A DNA stretch of 64,000 nucleotides. Source: Monocercomonoides exilis PA203 (lineage: Eukaryota; Protista; Preaxostyla). The DNA lies in contig LSRY02000043.1 in assembly GCA_001643675.2 (NCBI GenBank), forward strand, positions 620,001-684,000, read 5' to 3'. Under the pieces are notes generated by a model. The model saw only the letters and a list, made by a program, of their open reading frames with translations. It was not told the DNA's origin and made no database searches. Positions 1 to 13,238 of this stretch are shown here, one piece after another. The first letter of the stretch is position 1. Every line of letters starts with the position of its first letter. Made by a program: the position numbers and the translations under genes.

Positions 1-946
1 AAAAGCAGAAGGATCTGCATAGCTTTGCGAAAAGCGAGAAACAGAAGTGGAGGTTGGTGAGTTTAACTGCGAAAACAGCTGGTTTTCGTGAGAAGAGTGT
101 TTTGCAGAGCTCAAAGATGAGCAAAGCGACAGAGCCGTGTAAGAAGGTGTTTGAAACCCGAATCGAGGTGAATGCGGAGATAGTGGAGACAAAGGGGTGA
201 GGGGAGAGTGAGATGTTGGAGAAACAGATGAAAGCTCTCTTGATAGGCTGTGATCAATTCCATCGTCAGGAAACTGGAAATAGCTATCTCCAAGAGCATC
301 TTTGTCCAATGGAATTGGTTCAATATCGCCCATTTTATGAGAATGTGATGTGATTTTTGGAGAAAGTGGAGACACCGAAGGGATAAATACATCATCTGTC
401 CCGGCAGGATTTTGAGGAAAAAAATCGGCTGGCAAAACAATACCACGTTGCGTTGGGATGTTGATGTGTAAATTTCTTTGATTGACTATTTGTTCATCAA
501 TGTCTCCGCTGTCATGCTCATTATCATTACTTTTGTTCAAAAGGACATGCTCATCGTCATTGTTATTATCATTCAGAGTTGTATGTTGCTTCTTTCGATG
601 ATCCTTTTGATTATCCTTTTGATTTTCTTTTATATTGTCCTTTTTATTTTCCTTTTTATTGTCCTTTTTATTGTTCTTTTGATGGCGAACGTATGTGCGT
701 TCGTATCTTCTTAAATTTCACATAAAAATAAACAAAGCAAGAATAACAAACTTTTTTCCAAAAATTTGCTCACGCTTTCCTTTGGAGTCTTACCAGCAAA
801 ATAGAAACAAATAGAGTGAATAAAACTTTAAAAATTAGCATACTTAACAGCTCTTTTAAAAGTAACGAGAGTTCTTGATTTCTGGAATCCTCAAAGTTGT
901 CATTTTGTTGGGTTTTCAGCGAAAGTAAAATTTGTGGAATGTTCAT
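1..946 (-). CDS. Hypothetical Ser/Pro-rich protein, spliced, runs off the left edge of the window
   Basis: Manual translation: probable ATG at 946 (MNIPQILLSLKTQQ...), then a GTATGC donor. A long stop-free frame from ~710 to 1 (RRYERTYVRHQKNNKKDN...SPLTPLSPLSPHSPRF...). No recognisable domain. Confidence 0.6.
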
Positions 947-1212
947 TTAAACTTGGCAGAATACACTTCTTTTGAAAAATATAAAGTCATTCAACTTTAT
1001 TTTGTAAATTTAAATCAGGAGAAATTGAAAAATCAAAATAATAAGGTTCAAATCACTGCTTTTTTAACTTTAAATTAGAATGAAAAAACTTTATTAATTT
1101 TCATTTTTTGCTTAATCTTTTAACATACGAATTTTTGAAAATGTCAGTCATTACTCTTCATCTGTGACCTTTGATCAAATCAATATTTTTGTTTCCCATA
1201 AAAAATATATAG

Positions 1213-2410
1213 ATGGCTTTTATTGATCATACAGAAGCTTTTAAAAGATTTAGAGTAACTCATGTGCGCCCTTCGCTTGCGAGAATGGGTGATTCTCCAT
1301 TTGTTGGAACTTCCATGATGACTCAAGTTGAAATGACAGAAGATGAATCTCAGAAACCTCAGTGGATGAAATTGACAGAACTCATAAAGATGATTGTTGT
1401 AGAGATACATAAAGGAAGTGTGAATTAATGTTAAACATATTTTAATTATAAATCTTTTGTAAAGTGGACGAATTGAATGGTCTTTACCGAAGTTCCACAA
1501 TTGTGCGAGATTTTGACAGTTCTGATGCATCAAGCAAAATTGAAGTTACGAGCGATCGAATCACGACTGTACGTTTTTTTGTTGCATTGAAACTTATTAT
1601 TTATCAACAATTTTTCCATTTTAACTTAGTTATTTTCGAAAGCCCAAAAAGCTGTGATGGCGCTTTTCCCGAAGCAGTATCATCAATATCTTGATAATCC
1701 AGATTTGCCTCTCCCGATTGGGGAAACGATTGCTAATTTACAAATCCGAAAGAATTTGCAAATGGAAATGAGCACAGAAATAACTGAGCTTTCTCAAGAA
1801 TTCCGATCAATGCAAAGAGTGCACATGCAGAGTTTGCTTTACTGCTTCACATATTTTAAAATTCATTCTTTTGTTTCATGTGCTGCATTTGTTTAGAGCT
1901 TCAAGGAAAAGACACTTCATCATCTTCTTCAGAGCCAACATCTTCATTTGATGAGCCGGAAATTGTGTATACTAGAGTTTGCTGGAAAATATCTAAGCAA
2001 TTGTTATTTTAACTGCTGTTGGATCTTTTATCAAAACGGTACGTTTTCTTATTTATTCTTAGGGTTTCACAACAGAACAAGAAGAAGCTGTCGCATATGC
2101 ACGCGAAAATGCTCAGGAGCGACTTAACGAAATCAAGCAAATTGCTCGTTCAATGAATGAACTTGCGCAAATGTTCCAAGAAATGCACATGATGATCGTA
2201 GAGCAGGGTACTCTTCTGGACAGAGTGGATCAGAACCTCGTCAGCGCAAGAGAAAACACACAAGAGGCTGTGAAAGAGCTGGTGAAGGCAAACGAGCACC
2301 AGAAAGCTTCGAGAATGAAGCTGTGTATTTTATTGCTGGTAGCTTTGATTGTGGCTGTTGTGATTTGTTTAATGGTTTTTAAAGTCATTCCAATAAAGAA
2401 AAAGGATTGA
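1213..2410 (+). CDS. STX16: Syntaxin-16/Tlg2-like Qa-SNARE, multi-exon
   Basis: N-peptide MAFIDHTEAFKRFR resembles the syntaxin-16 SM-binding peptide. Habc-like helical exons follow. The SNARE motif NELAQMFQEMHMMIVEQGTLLDRVDQNL has the Q layer, and there is a C-terminal TM helix (LCILLLVALIVAVVICLMVF). Short introns, e.g. 1418-1464. Confidence 0.85.
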
Positions 2411-2968
2411 GAATATTTTAGAGAAAGTTTTGAGTTCTGTGTATAAGAATGAAGGATCAGTTATTGTTTTACTTTTTCTTTTTCTTTATTAATTCTTCTT
2501 TTATTTTTCGAGTGAGCAATTAATAACCTTTTTCTTAATTTAACATTTCAAAAATTTCCCACCAACTATTCGTCAAAATTATTCATGTATTTTTTGTATT
2601 AGAAATTTTTTATTTTCAAGATGAAAAACAATCAATAATTCAACTAATTTCTTTTTCTTTTTCTGTTTTCAAAGTCAATCCCTTCATTCAACTTTTTTCT
2701 ATCGTGCATCAAAAAGAGGAATTCACTCTATTGCACATTTTTAAATTTTTTAGATAAATGAAAAGATAAAACTTTTGAGGTTATATCAAAAAGATAAAAA
2801 TTAATTAGCTGTTGCAAAAAAAATGTTTAAGAAATAAAAACTCATATTCGTTTTTTCTATCCTTTATATCATCTGTTAAACAAATATAAAAGAAAAATAA
2901 TAAAATAGTTGTTATTTTGAGACAAACAACAAATTTTAATAAGGGAACAAGAAGTGAAGTTCGCTGAA

Positions 2969-3838
2969 ATGGCTGCTACTTCTTCGTTTCGACAATTTTC
3001 TCAAGCTTTTCATGCAAGGCCTATAGGAAGAATGCTTTATGATATTGTTAATTACTTAGATGAAAATCGTGGAGAAATTTCTTTTCAAGATATAAAAAGA
3101 ATTTTGGACATTGACATTGAAGGAAATAAAGATCTTTTGGAAAGCTTATCGGACAATGTGAAGATTAACTTTATATTACATGATAAAAAACTTTCTTATA
3201 AGCCAATGTTTGCAGCAAAAACGCTTGAAGATATTCATTTTATTGTTCAAACCCATCCAGATGGTTTATATTTATCTGATGTTGCTGATTCGTGCAAAGA
3301 TGCATGGAAGCACATTGCAGAACTCGTTCATCATCAATATTTGTTTGCTATAGTTTCAAGAGATTCAATAGAGAATCCTCTTCCAGTTTTTCCCTCTTTA
3401 CCACCAGCTTCTCCATCTGGATCTTTCACTCCTCTCAATTTATTGCGTATACCAGTTGAAGATAAATTTCAAATGAAAACTTCTTCTCAATTTGTCCCTC
3501 CTACACTTGGCTTAACACAAAAATCTTCATATATCGAGACTTCTTCTGTTATTCTTTTTCCGAATGAGTTACGAATTGATTTTACAATTCCAGATGACAT
3601 TAAAGAACTTTGGAAGCAAAGTCATCCTTCTTCTTTTTCAGATCTTATCAGCACACTTGGAAAGCAAGGAATTACTTCATTGTCAGATCCAACAAAAAGA
3701 ACGATTTCAAAACAAACTGGGAAAAAAGGCAAAAAAGGTTCAACTAAGGCTCGTTCAAAACGATTCCCTAAAATTACAAATGTGCATTTAATTCCAGATC
3801 CTGCTCTATTTTTCAGCGGAAAGCTGACAAGTTTTTGA
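2969..3838 (+). CDS. TFA2: Transcription initiation factor TFIIE beta subunit (Tfa2/GTF2E2-like)
   Basis: Winged-helix-like N-terminus (LYDIVNYL...LLESLSDNVKI...LSYKP), GLYLSDVADS, DDIKELW, and a basic C-terminus ending KITNVHL as in TFIIE-beta. Single exon, first ATG at 2969. Confidence 0.8.
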   Translation: MAATSSFRQFSQAFHARPIGRMLYDIVNYLDENRGEISFQDIKRILDIDIEGNKDLLESLSDNVKINFILHDKKLSYKPMFAAKTLEDIHFIVQTHPDGLYLSDVADSCKDAWKHIAELVHHQYLFAIVSRDSIENPLPVFPSLPPASPSGSFTPLNLLRIPVEDKFQMKTSSQFVPPTLGLTQKSSYIETSSVILFPNELRIDFTIPDDIKELWKQSHPSSFSDLISTLGKQGITSLSDPTKRTISKQTGKKGKKGSTKARSKRFPKITNVHLIPDPALFFSGKLTSF

Positions 3839-4166
3839 TTTGATCTATTTCTTTTTTATTTTTTTTCAACAATTGCGATTGTAATAGTTATCCTTTTTCT
3901 TTTTTTCTTTTAAAAGAAGAATTATTTTTTTGATGCTTTTGGAAACTTTGATTATCGTTTTCCAAAGATGCAATAGTAAAAAGTATTTATCAATGGAAAA
4001 AAATAGAATGTGCAAAAATGCTTGAAGTGATTTGAAGTGATTTTGATTTTTGAGAAGAGATTAAGAAATAGGATCTTAGACGTTCAAACTGTAAACAAAA
4101 ATTAGTTCCAGATTTGAATGAACGCTTTAATTTTCAATTCTAAAAACAATTTACGAACGTGATGCT

Positions 4167-5444
4167 TCAACTTAATAAATCGCTATCTTCATCCTCAGTC
4201 GTTTCCTTTGAATTTGTCAACCTCTGAAGCCTTCGATATCTGCCTAATGAAGACGTTGTACCAGTTTCACTGGAATTCTGTTTTCTCTTTTCTGCTTCCT
4301 GTGAATTTTGGTTTTCGGTTGTCATTTCTTCCAACTGAGATTCACTTGATTGCCTTTCTTCGCTGCTTTCCCCTTCGTCTGACTGTTCATCATCGTTATC
4401 CTCATCCTCATCATCATCATCATCTTCGCTTTGAATTGATTTATCTCCTGTGCTTTCATCATTTGAATCTGAAGATGACTTCGATGTGTCATCGGACAAA
4501 TCAGAACTTTCTGAATCTTCACTATCATTTTCACTACCATCATACGCATTACTTATCAATCTTTTGTGCTTTTGCAGTCTCACTTTCTTTAAATCGGCTT
4601 TCCGTCTCTTTTCAATCTTCTTCTGCTTTTTGATCTCTTCTTCTCTCATTTTCTTGCGCCACTGATTTGATTGCTTTGCTTCGTTATCTGCATAGAACTC
4701 GACATTTGGCCTGTATTCATCTTCTGTTGGAGTTTCGCTTTCATCTTCAAAAACTGCTTCTAATTCGTTCAAATTTCCAACTTCTTCCTCTGAAGTTTCT
4801 TCTGAAGTTGTTTCTTCTCCTTCTTCTGCTTTATCGTCAAAATATGAATCTTCCTCCTCTTCTTCATCCTCTTCATCCTCTTCATCCTCTTCATCCTCTT
4901 CATCCTCTTCATCCTCTTCATCTTCCTCTTCCTCTTCCTCATTCGCTTTTGCTTTTTCTTCTTTCATAACATCTTCCACTTTGTTATCTTCATCATTATC
5001 CTCATCATCTCCTTCTTTTTCTTTTTCCGCCATTCCATTATCTTCTATTTCTTCATTTTCCATTTTTTTATAAGAAGTATGCTTTTGTGTTTTCTTTGTT
5101 TTTTCTTTTTCTGCATTCGTTTCATTAAAATCTTCCCCATCTGAGTAATCTTCAATTGCATCAGTGTCATCTTCGACGTCAAAGTCGCATCCTTCCTTCT
5201 TTTCTTTTTCCAATTGGTTATCTTTTGATTCACAAAAATGCGATGTATCACTCTCTTTTTCAGTATTCCCCGAAGAAAAAAGTTTTCTAAAAGATGTGCA
5301 TTTTCCGATTTAAGTTAATTTTAATATACATAATAATTTTCTTTTTTTTACAAACGTTTCAGTTTCTGGTTCCTCCACCGTCACAACAGAAGAACTTCTG
5401 TGAACAACAACTTTAGTTTCAGTTTCTGGCTTGCTTCTCCGCAT
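4167..5444 (-). CDS. Hypothetical highly acidic low-complexity protein with a basic NLS-like segment
   Basis: 348-aa open frame plus a short upstream exon (MRRSKPETETKVVV...) joined by a GT-AG intron at ~5350-5288. D/E/S-rich. No domain recognised. Confidence 0.65.
4856..4940. repeat. 9-bp tandem repeat (TCTTCATCC)n encoding an EED run
   Basis: Directly visible tandem array inside the acidic CDS. Confidence 0.85.
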
Positions 5445-5759
5445 TTGTTTGATAGATCTCTTCTTCAAGTTAATTAAGTGCTTGTATTTTGTAAATAGTG
5501 ATTTGTTGTCCTGTATCATAGATTTTTGTTTCCTCTAGCTGCTTTATTTTTATAAATATTAAAAAACTTTATTTATTAGTTATGCTATAAAAGATAATCA
5601 ATATAAACAAGAATAGAGCAATATAATCTAATTTCCAATTCAAAAATACCTTTTGCTGTGTTCAATAATTTTTCTAAAATGAATATCAAATTTTCTGAAA
5701 ATTTATGTTCCCATTTGTTTATTTTAAAATAAAATAATAATTATTCATCAATTAATGAA

Positions 5760-8700
5760 ATGGAATCTACAAGAGATTCCACTATTTTGTTTCAACGACG
5801 CTTATTGAAATTACAAGATGTATGTTTTATTTGTTGAATAAAGTTATTTCTTTTTTTCTTTTTGATTATTTTCAAATATTTATTGTTTAGCACATTTCTC
5901 ATCTTTCATCGCTATTACAGTATGATGCAATTGCGCATGCTATGTCCCTTAGTAATGACAGTTCAAAGTTCTTGCATGTTTGTTTATCGTTTTTTATTTG
6001 ACGGGATTTTATTGTTTTTTCTTTAATTCTTTTAGGATCGCTTTACGGAAATTATGATCAAGTCAATATGTAATGGTTAGCTTTATTATCATTTCTTATT
6101 TATTATTGAAACATTTATTTGTTTATTATTTTTATTTTCACAGAACAGGAACAAAGAATCGCTGAATATGAATTATCAATCGAAAAGCATCGTCTTTACG
6201 AATCAAAACTCAAATTAAAAATAAAAGAATTGAAAGATAAAATTCGCTCAAGCAATGAGAAAATCAATGAGAAAATCAATGATATCATTTATGAGCATAT
6301 TCCTGAAGAATCATCGAAGAATGAAACTTTTCAGCTCAAAACGGTCGTCGAGCAGATTGACAAGCTGATATACGACACAAGAGCAATTTTATCTCATAAA
6401 AAATCGGAAGGGGATTGCAAACGAGATTGTATGAACTTAAGGCAACATGAATTCAAAGACACAATGGACAGTCTGTTAAAAATGCATTCTGAGTTATTAA
6501 GGCAAAACAAGAAGCTTACAGACATACTCGATCAGATAACCACACAGCAATCCGAAGCAAACAACAAACGCTTCAAACAAGATTCAAAAACTGAAACGGA
6601 ATTTTCTCCTCAAATAGAAGCTGTATTGAAAAAAGACCCTCTCTCAAAAACAACTGCTACAAAGACAACTTCTTTTTCTTCTTCTTCTTCTTCTTCATTC
6701 GAAAGTCAACAGTCAAATCCAGTCAAACAACCAACATCAAATGATATTCACTCAATTACTGCCGGTCAGCAAATAAATAAACCCGGTCCTTTGTCTGATG
6801 CATCATACTTTCCACAGTCATCATCATCATCATCATCATCTTCTTCTTCTTCTTCCTCTTCTTCAACTTCTTTTGTTAATAATCCCTCTTTGCCTACTTC
6901 TTTATCGCACACACATTTCAATCCACAGCAAGAGATTGAAAAATCCTCATTGCAATCATCAGCATCTCAACAGCGAGTAATCCTACTTCGTGCTCCGATG
7001 AAGCAGAACATGTTGAACTTACATCCGAAATTGGTGTATTCTGAACAAGATCCATTGAATGTTTCTTCATTTGCTTCACAGCCGCAGATGAATAAGAAAG
7101 GAAATGAGATTATAAATAAAGAAAAATTAGAAGAAAATTCTTCTTTTTTGGAGAAAACAAAAGAGAAAGATGTTTCAGTCACAATGGAAACGTTGTCTTC
7201 ATTAACACCAATTGAAGAAAATTCAATGATTTCGCCAGATGTTTTACAGGAAGAAGAAGATTCATTGGCAGTTTATTTAGACAACACGAATGTTTCAGAT
7301 ATTTTAGTGAAACACATTTTTAATACACCTCAATTAATTTCTTCAACTCTTTTTTCTTCTTCTTCAGCCACTTCTTCTTCCTCTCCTTCTCCTTCTTCTC
7401 CTTCTTCTCCAATTTCCACCTTCATTTCGCCTTCACTTCAATCAAAAACAGACAAAAAAGAGGTTATCTTGTCAAATCATATCACAGAATCCACTCTCAA
7501 ATCAACAATTTCATCTGAAAATTCAACAAACAATGAAATTTTGGCTGAAGAGAAGCAAAAATCGTCTTCCCTCCAACAAGAAAATTGCATTTCACTCAAA
7601 GAACAACATCATCAACAAGAGAAAGAGAAAGAGAAAGAGAAAGAAGATAAAGGAATTAAGAAAGAAGAAGAGAAAAACATGAGTTTAACATCATCTTCAA
7701 TGAAACTTGAGAATAAACAAGAAGAAATCTTTGAAAGGAAAGCCAAAGAAGAGTGGGAAATCGAAAAGTCTCTTTTAATCAAAGAGAAAAAAACAGAAAA
7801 AAGAAAACTTGAAGCAAAATTACGACGAGCGATTGCTTCTGCAAAGTTAGATCTGAAAAATGCGAAAGCAGAAAACGAAGTGAAAATAAAAGAGGTTGAA
7901 AGAATGAAAAACGAAGAAATAAGAAAATTGCAAAGTCAGCTGGAAGAGCAGAAGAGGCTTTTGACGCTGCTTCGGCTGGAGAGAGAAAGAAGAGAAGAAG
8001 AAGAAATGAGAAGAGAAAGGGAAATAAAGTTAGAAAAGAAGTTTTATGATGATGAAAGGGAAGTTGGAGAAAGAGTTAAACAGAAAGGGAAAGAAGAAGA
8101 GGAAGAAAAAGAAGAAGATTACAAAAGAAACACACAAACAAGAGAAAGAAGAAACGATAAAGGTGATGCCAAAGAAGGCAAAGATGAAATTATTGACAAA
8201 TGCGAAGACGAAGATATTTCTCATCAAAAGTCTCAAACAAATTCATCTTCAGATTTTGGTGTGTTTCGAAGCAAGTATCCGAAGCAGCGTCCTCTTATTT
8301 CTTCTCTTTCGCCCACAAGAAGTCAATTAATGAATGAAATGAAGGAGAAAGAGAAAAGGCAACAAGAAGAAATGAGGCAGATGAATGGGAAATGGAGTGG
8401 AATTGTGGAAAAGTTGAGGAAAGAGAAGGAAAACGAAAGAAGATGTTGGGAAGAAGAAAAGATGAAATTAGAGAAAGAAATCGAAAACAGATTAAAAGAA
8501 GAAGAGGAAATGAAAATTGCGTTTGGAAAAAGAGAGGAAGAATTTGAAGTTTATTTGGAGGAGTTGAAAATGGAGAGAAATAAACTTGTTTCAGAAAACA
8601 GTCACTTAATGGCAAAGTTGGATGCTCTGAAATTGAGTATGCTGAGAAAGGAGCAGAAGAGCAAAGAAGAGCAAAGAAGAGGAGGGGAAGAAGGAGAAGA

Positions 8701-11545
8701 AAAAGATGAAGGAGAGGAGGAGGAAGAGGGAAAAGAGGGAAAAGGAGGAGATGGAAGGGAGATGGAAGAAAGGAAGGGAATGAAGTTCTTTGGAAATAAA
8801 CTGTTTGAAGAAAAAGAAGAAGAATCAGAAGAAGGCAATGAAGAAGATGATGGTTATGAAGAAGAAAAGGATTCTGATAAAGGCAATGTGAAACAGCATA
8901 ACAAGAATATTTTTGAAAAAGTTGTTGAAAATGAAATCTCGTTTTCTTCTACTGCTGCTGCTTCTGATTCCTCTTCTTCTTCTCCCTCTTCTCCTCTTTC
9001 TTCTCATTTGAACCAACAACTCATTTCCCCTCACATCCACCACCAGCAACAACAACAAAAACAAATGAATCAAAAAGATTTCATTCAGCTTTCTCGTTTT
9101 CAGCAGCTTTCACAGCCGTTGGAGTCTGTTTTATTGATGCTGAAAAGCAGAGAAGAAGAATTATCTTCAAAAAATGATGGGAAAATTAGTGAAAAGATAG
9201 AAGGGAATGAATTTGAGGAAAGAGGAAGTGAAAGAACAAGTAAATTTGAAGAAATAAGTGATAATGAAGAATCAAGGGGATTTTTGGATGGTTTGACAAA
9301 TAAGAAGTTTAAAGAGACAGAAAGAAATCGATTAAAAGAGAAAGAAAAAGAAGAAGAAGAAGAAAGAGGAGAAGAAGTTGATGATTCAGCAAACAAAATG
9401 AAAGATTCAAAAGAAAAAGAGCAACACTTTCAAAGAATTGCAAAGGCATCAGACAACTTCAGACAAGCAAGAAATGTTTTGCCCTCTTTAACAAAACACA
9501 TCAAGTCAAATTCTAACAACATTAAATCAAAAAATGAAAAAGACAAAAAAGACAAAAAAGAAGAAGAAGAAGATGATGATGATAATGAAAGAGAAGGAGA
9601 AGAAGAAGGAGAAGGAGAAGAACAGCAAACAAACCTTCTTTCTCTTCGTTCAATTCATCGCCACATTTCTTCAAAATCTCCAAAAAGACGGTTTTATTCG
9701 CCAATAAACAGAATAAAAGGCTCAAATAAAAAAGAACTTTTTGCGATTTCGTTTCCTTTCTCTTCGGCTGCAAATGTGGACCATTTTGCAAAAAGACAGA
9801 ATGAGAAGAAACAGACAAGAGAAGAAAATATGCATTCTTCTTCTTCTTTTTCTTTTTCTTCAACTTCTAATTCTTATTCTTCTTCACATCCTTCGCATCC
9901 TTCAAATTCTTCTTCAGCTTCAACATCTTCTTCCTCTTTCTCTTCTCCTCCTTCCTTCTCCTCCTCCTCCTCCTCTTCTTCTTCTTCCCCCTCAAAATCC
10001 ATTTCCCCTCTCAATTCATCAAACATATCAAACACATCAAACACATCCAACATCGCCTCATTTCGTCACTCCACTTTTCTTTCACTTCACTCAAATTCTT
10101 CCTCCACTTCAGCATTACCCAATGAAAACCCTGTTTTTTCTGCCACTTCGTCTTTTCACATTGCTCATTGCTTGTCCCCTCCTCCTCCTCCTTTTGTGAT
10201 TGAGGATTCTGATTTATTTGCGGTGAAAAACACACTAATGAATAGATTTGATAGGAAATGCGAAGAAAATGAATCAGAAAATGAAGAAGGAAGAGAAGAA
10301 GGAAGAGAAGGAAGAGATATTATGGATTCTCAGGTTGAGGATAAAGATGTTCTCATTTCTTCATCATTACCTTCTTCTTCTTCTTCTTCTTCTTCTTCTT
10401 CTTCCACATCATCTCCACCATCAAAGTCATTTTCAGCATCTTCAATATCTTCTTCATCTCCTTCTCATTCTTCTTCTTCTTCTTCTTCTTCTTCCTCATT
10501 TTCTTCTTCCAATTCACTTTTCATTCCATCTTCAGAATCTTCTCAATCACCAAAGCAAACAAAGCCATCAGAACAATTTCATTCACCTTACTCCTTCTCC
10601 ACTCCAATTGTCATTCATCCTCCTCTTTTTCTGCCTCATCCAACACAAATTCACACTTCTTCTCCAATTAAAACAAACATTTCTTCTTCCTCTTCCTCTT
10701 CCTCTTCCTCTTCCTCTTCTTCTTCTTCTTCTTCTTCTTCTTCTTCTTCTTCTTCTTCTTCTTCTTCTTCTTCTTCTTCTTCTTCCTCTTCCTCTTCTTC
10801 TTCTTCTTCTTCTTCTTCTTCTTCTTCTTCTTCTTCTTCTTCTTCTTCTTCAAAATATCTTCTTTCTGACATGAACAGAAATGAAGTTTCAACAAATGAA
10901 ATATTTCAACAAGTTTCTGTTGAAAATAGCGAAAATGGAAATTTCAATGAAAAATCGGAGGAAAACGAAAGAAATCAATATCTTTTGATTGATTTAGCAT
11001 TGAAACAAGAAAATGAGTTGATTCAATTTGAAAAGAGGGGAAATGACGATGTTATTGATTCAACGATTGATGGCTTGGTTAAAAATGAAATGACATCAGA
11101 TTATATGGAAGATGAAGAAGTGTTTGAAACAATAGGGATTTCTGAGAAAAAGAAAAAAAAGGAGAAGATGAAGAATCTAAATAAAGATGAAACGAACTGT
11201 TCAGAATCGAAACAACAAACGAAGAAAAAGAAGAAAAAGAAAAAGAAGGAAAATGAAAAGAGCTTTCAAAAAGAAGAAAAAGAAATTGATTCATCAGCTG
11301 CTGTTGATGAGACACTTCATTCAATTGACAATAGTTCTAAATTGGATCTGCCTTCAACCCAAAATAAGCAAAATAACATTTCAAACAAAGAAACATTAAT
11401 GTTCACGCCTGTGACACAGAAAAATCTGAATGCAGAATCTCCTCTTGGATTCTCTTTTTTGCAGTCACCAATTTCTTCCTCTGTTTTTGACGAGTCTCTT
11501 TTGGGAGAGACTGCTGAGTGGTCTGTTGATATTGACTTTGATTGA
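5760..11545 (+). CDS. Large (~1.9 kaa) hypothetical coiled-coil, Glu/Lys- and Ser-rich low-complexity protein
   Basis: Three short 5' exons (MESTRDSTILFQRRLLKLQD / HISHLSS... / DRFTEIMIKSICN) splice in frame via GT-AG introns to a 5.4-kb stop-free terminal exon. Confidence 0.75.
10681..10851 (+). repeat. (TCT/TCC)n microsatellite encoding >50 consecutive serines
   Basis: Directly visible trinucleotide run inside the large ORF. Confidence 0.95.
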
Positions 11546-11727
11546 TGAGAAAACAATGTGTTATTTTCAATTTTTGAGTTTTTTATTATTTTATTTGAAA
11601 AATTAAACAATAGGGAATATTGGTATTTGCAATGTTACATTTAAAGATAGCAAATTTTGCAATAAACATTTCTTATCAATTTATATTGAATTGGTTCAGA
11701 TCAATATATTTTATTTTTTATTCAAGA

Positions 11728-12850
11728 ATGTCAACAACCCCTAAGGCATTAGCACCTTGCAAGAATCACCTTGTTCTTGCTATGCAAATCGAACCTCTTG
11801 AACCTTTGTTCGCCTATTATTGTATGCATTACAAAAGATAATTTTTTATTTCATGATGTTTTCTATTTAAAAGTGAGGCGCTTTGTGCTTGATTTTATTG
11901 GTGACAAAAAACTGACTTCTGATCAGGAAGTTAAAGCATTTTTACCAACGTTTTTTGATAAAGTTGATCCAGTTTGTGATAATTAATTTGATTTGCAATT
12001 TATCTCTGTTAGGCAAAGCTTGGATTGACTTTGGATAAAGTCAAAGATTTGCAAAAGATGAACGTTTTTGCTGATAATATTTTTGCAAAGGCACAAAAAG
12101 CGGTTGATGAAGGAAGAGCAACAATGTATTTCTGATTTTTTTTCATAAATAATTTTTATAAACAAAAATAAAATTATTTAGAGAAGACAGTAAAAATTTC
12201 CTAAATGCAAGAGTTTATTATCAAACTATTTGTCATTTCCAAGGAAGGAAAAATGAGCAGGTTTGAAATTATTACGATTTTTAAGCTTTTTAATTCCATT
12301 TGCTCAGATCGAAAAGCTTATTAAGCATGCTGGTCAAATGGCAGCGGTCATACACAAAAAGTGCAAGTCGTCTCAACCGTCAATGAGCGATGATGATCTT
12401 CTTGCTGAAGCTGGAATGGGAGATGGAGCTGCACCAACACCTTCAAGCTCATCATTTCCTCCTCCAGTAAATCCAGTTCAAAGCCTTCCACCGCCTTTTT
12501 CAATGGGAGGTTCACCGGCTGTTCCTTCTTCAACTACATTTGTTCCGCACAGTACATCTTTGCCTCCTTCAACAAGCGTTCCTTACTCATCTGTGCCAAG
12601 TTATTCTCCCCCTCCTTCCTTCAACCAATCGTCTTATGGAGCGCCAACTCAGCCTCAGACGTTTGGAATGCCCCCAACAGCCAGCACCAGCGGAGGATCA
12701 TCATTTAATCCGTCTTCAATTGAGCAGTCACAGAAAAAATCTGAACTTGTTAAAACACTTCGATATGCTATATCTTCTCTTGAATATAACGATATTAATG
12801 CAGCTAAAAAATATATCGCGCAAGCTCATGTCGATGTTCAAGCTTTATAA
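11728..12850 (+). CDS. VTA1: Vta1/LIP5, Vps4 ATPase activator (ESCRT), multi-exon
   Basis: N-terminal MIT-like region (LAMQIEPLEPLFAYY...FADNIFAKAQKAVDEGRAT), Pro/Ser linker, and C-terminal VSL motif KTLRYAISSLEYNDINAAKKYI. Confidence 0.85.
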
Positions 12851-13238
12851 ATCAGTGTTTTCATGTTTCTTTATTTTATTCTTGAATAGTTTTTGTTGGA
12901 AATAATTAGATGAACAAAAAAATTGATGAAAAAGAAATTTTAATGTTAGGTTTTATTTAAAATTAAATCGCTATTTTTTGACTTTTTTTGCATTTAAAAG
13001 CAATTTTTTTAAGCGCTTTTTCATTATTACAGTTATCAAATCAACATTTTTAACATATTTTGGCTGAATTAAAAATTTTCAGTTTATCAATAATTTGAAT
13101 AGAAAATATATTCAAAGATTTGAATTCTTGCAACACTCAAATATACAAAAAAAATGAAAATTTTTGGTTCTCATAAAAAAAACTTTGAGGTTCGCTATCA
13201 TTCATTTTTTGCAGCCCATAACTTTGTTTTTATTTACT

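Noticed and set aside
478-714. Hydrophobic 78-aa ORF resembling a membrane protein
   Set aside because: Antisense shadow of the K/D/N-rich minus-strand exon.
10248-10895. Poly-Leu, poly-Glu and poly-Lys ORFs
   Set aside because: Alternative-frame and antisense readings of the (TCT)n microsatellite.
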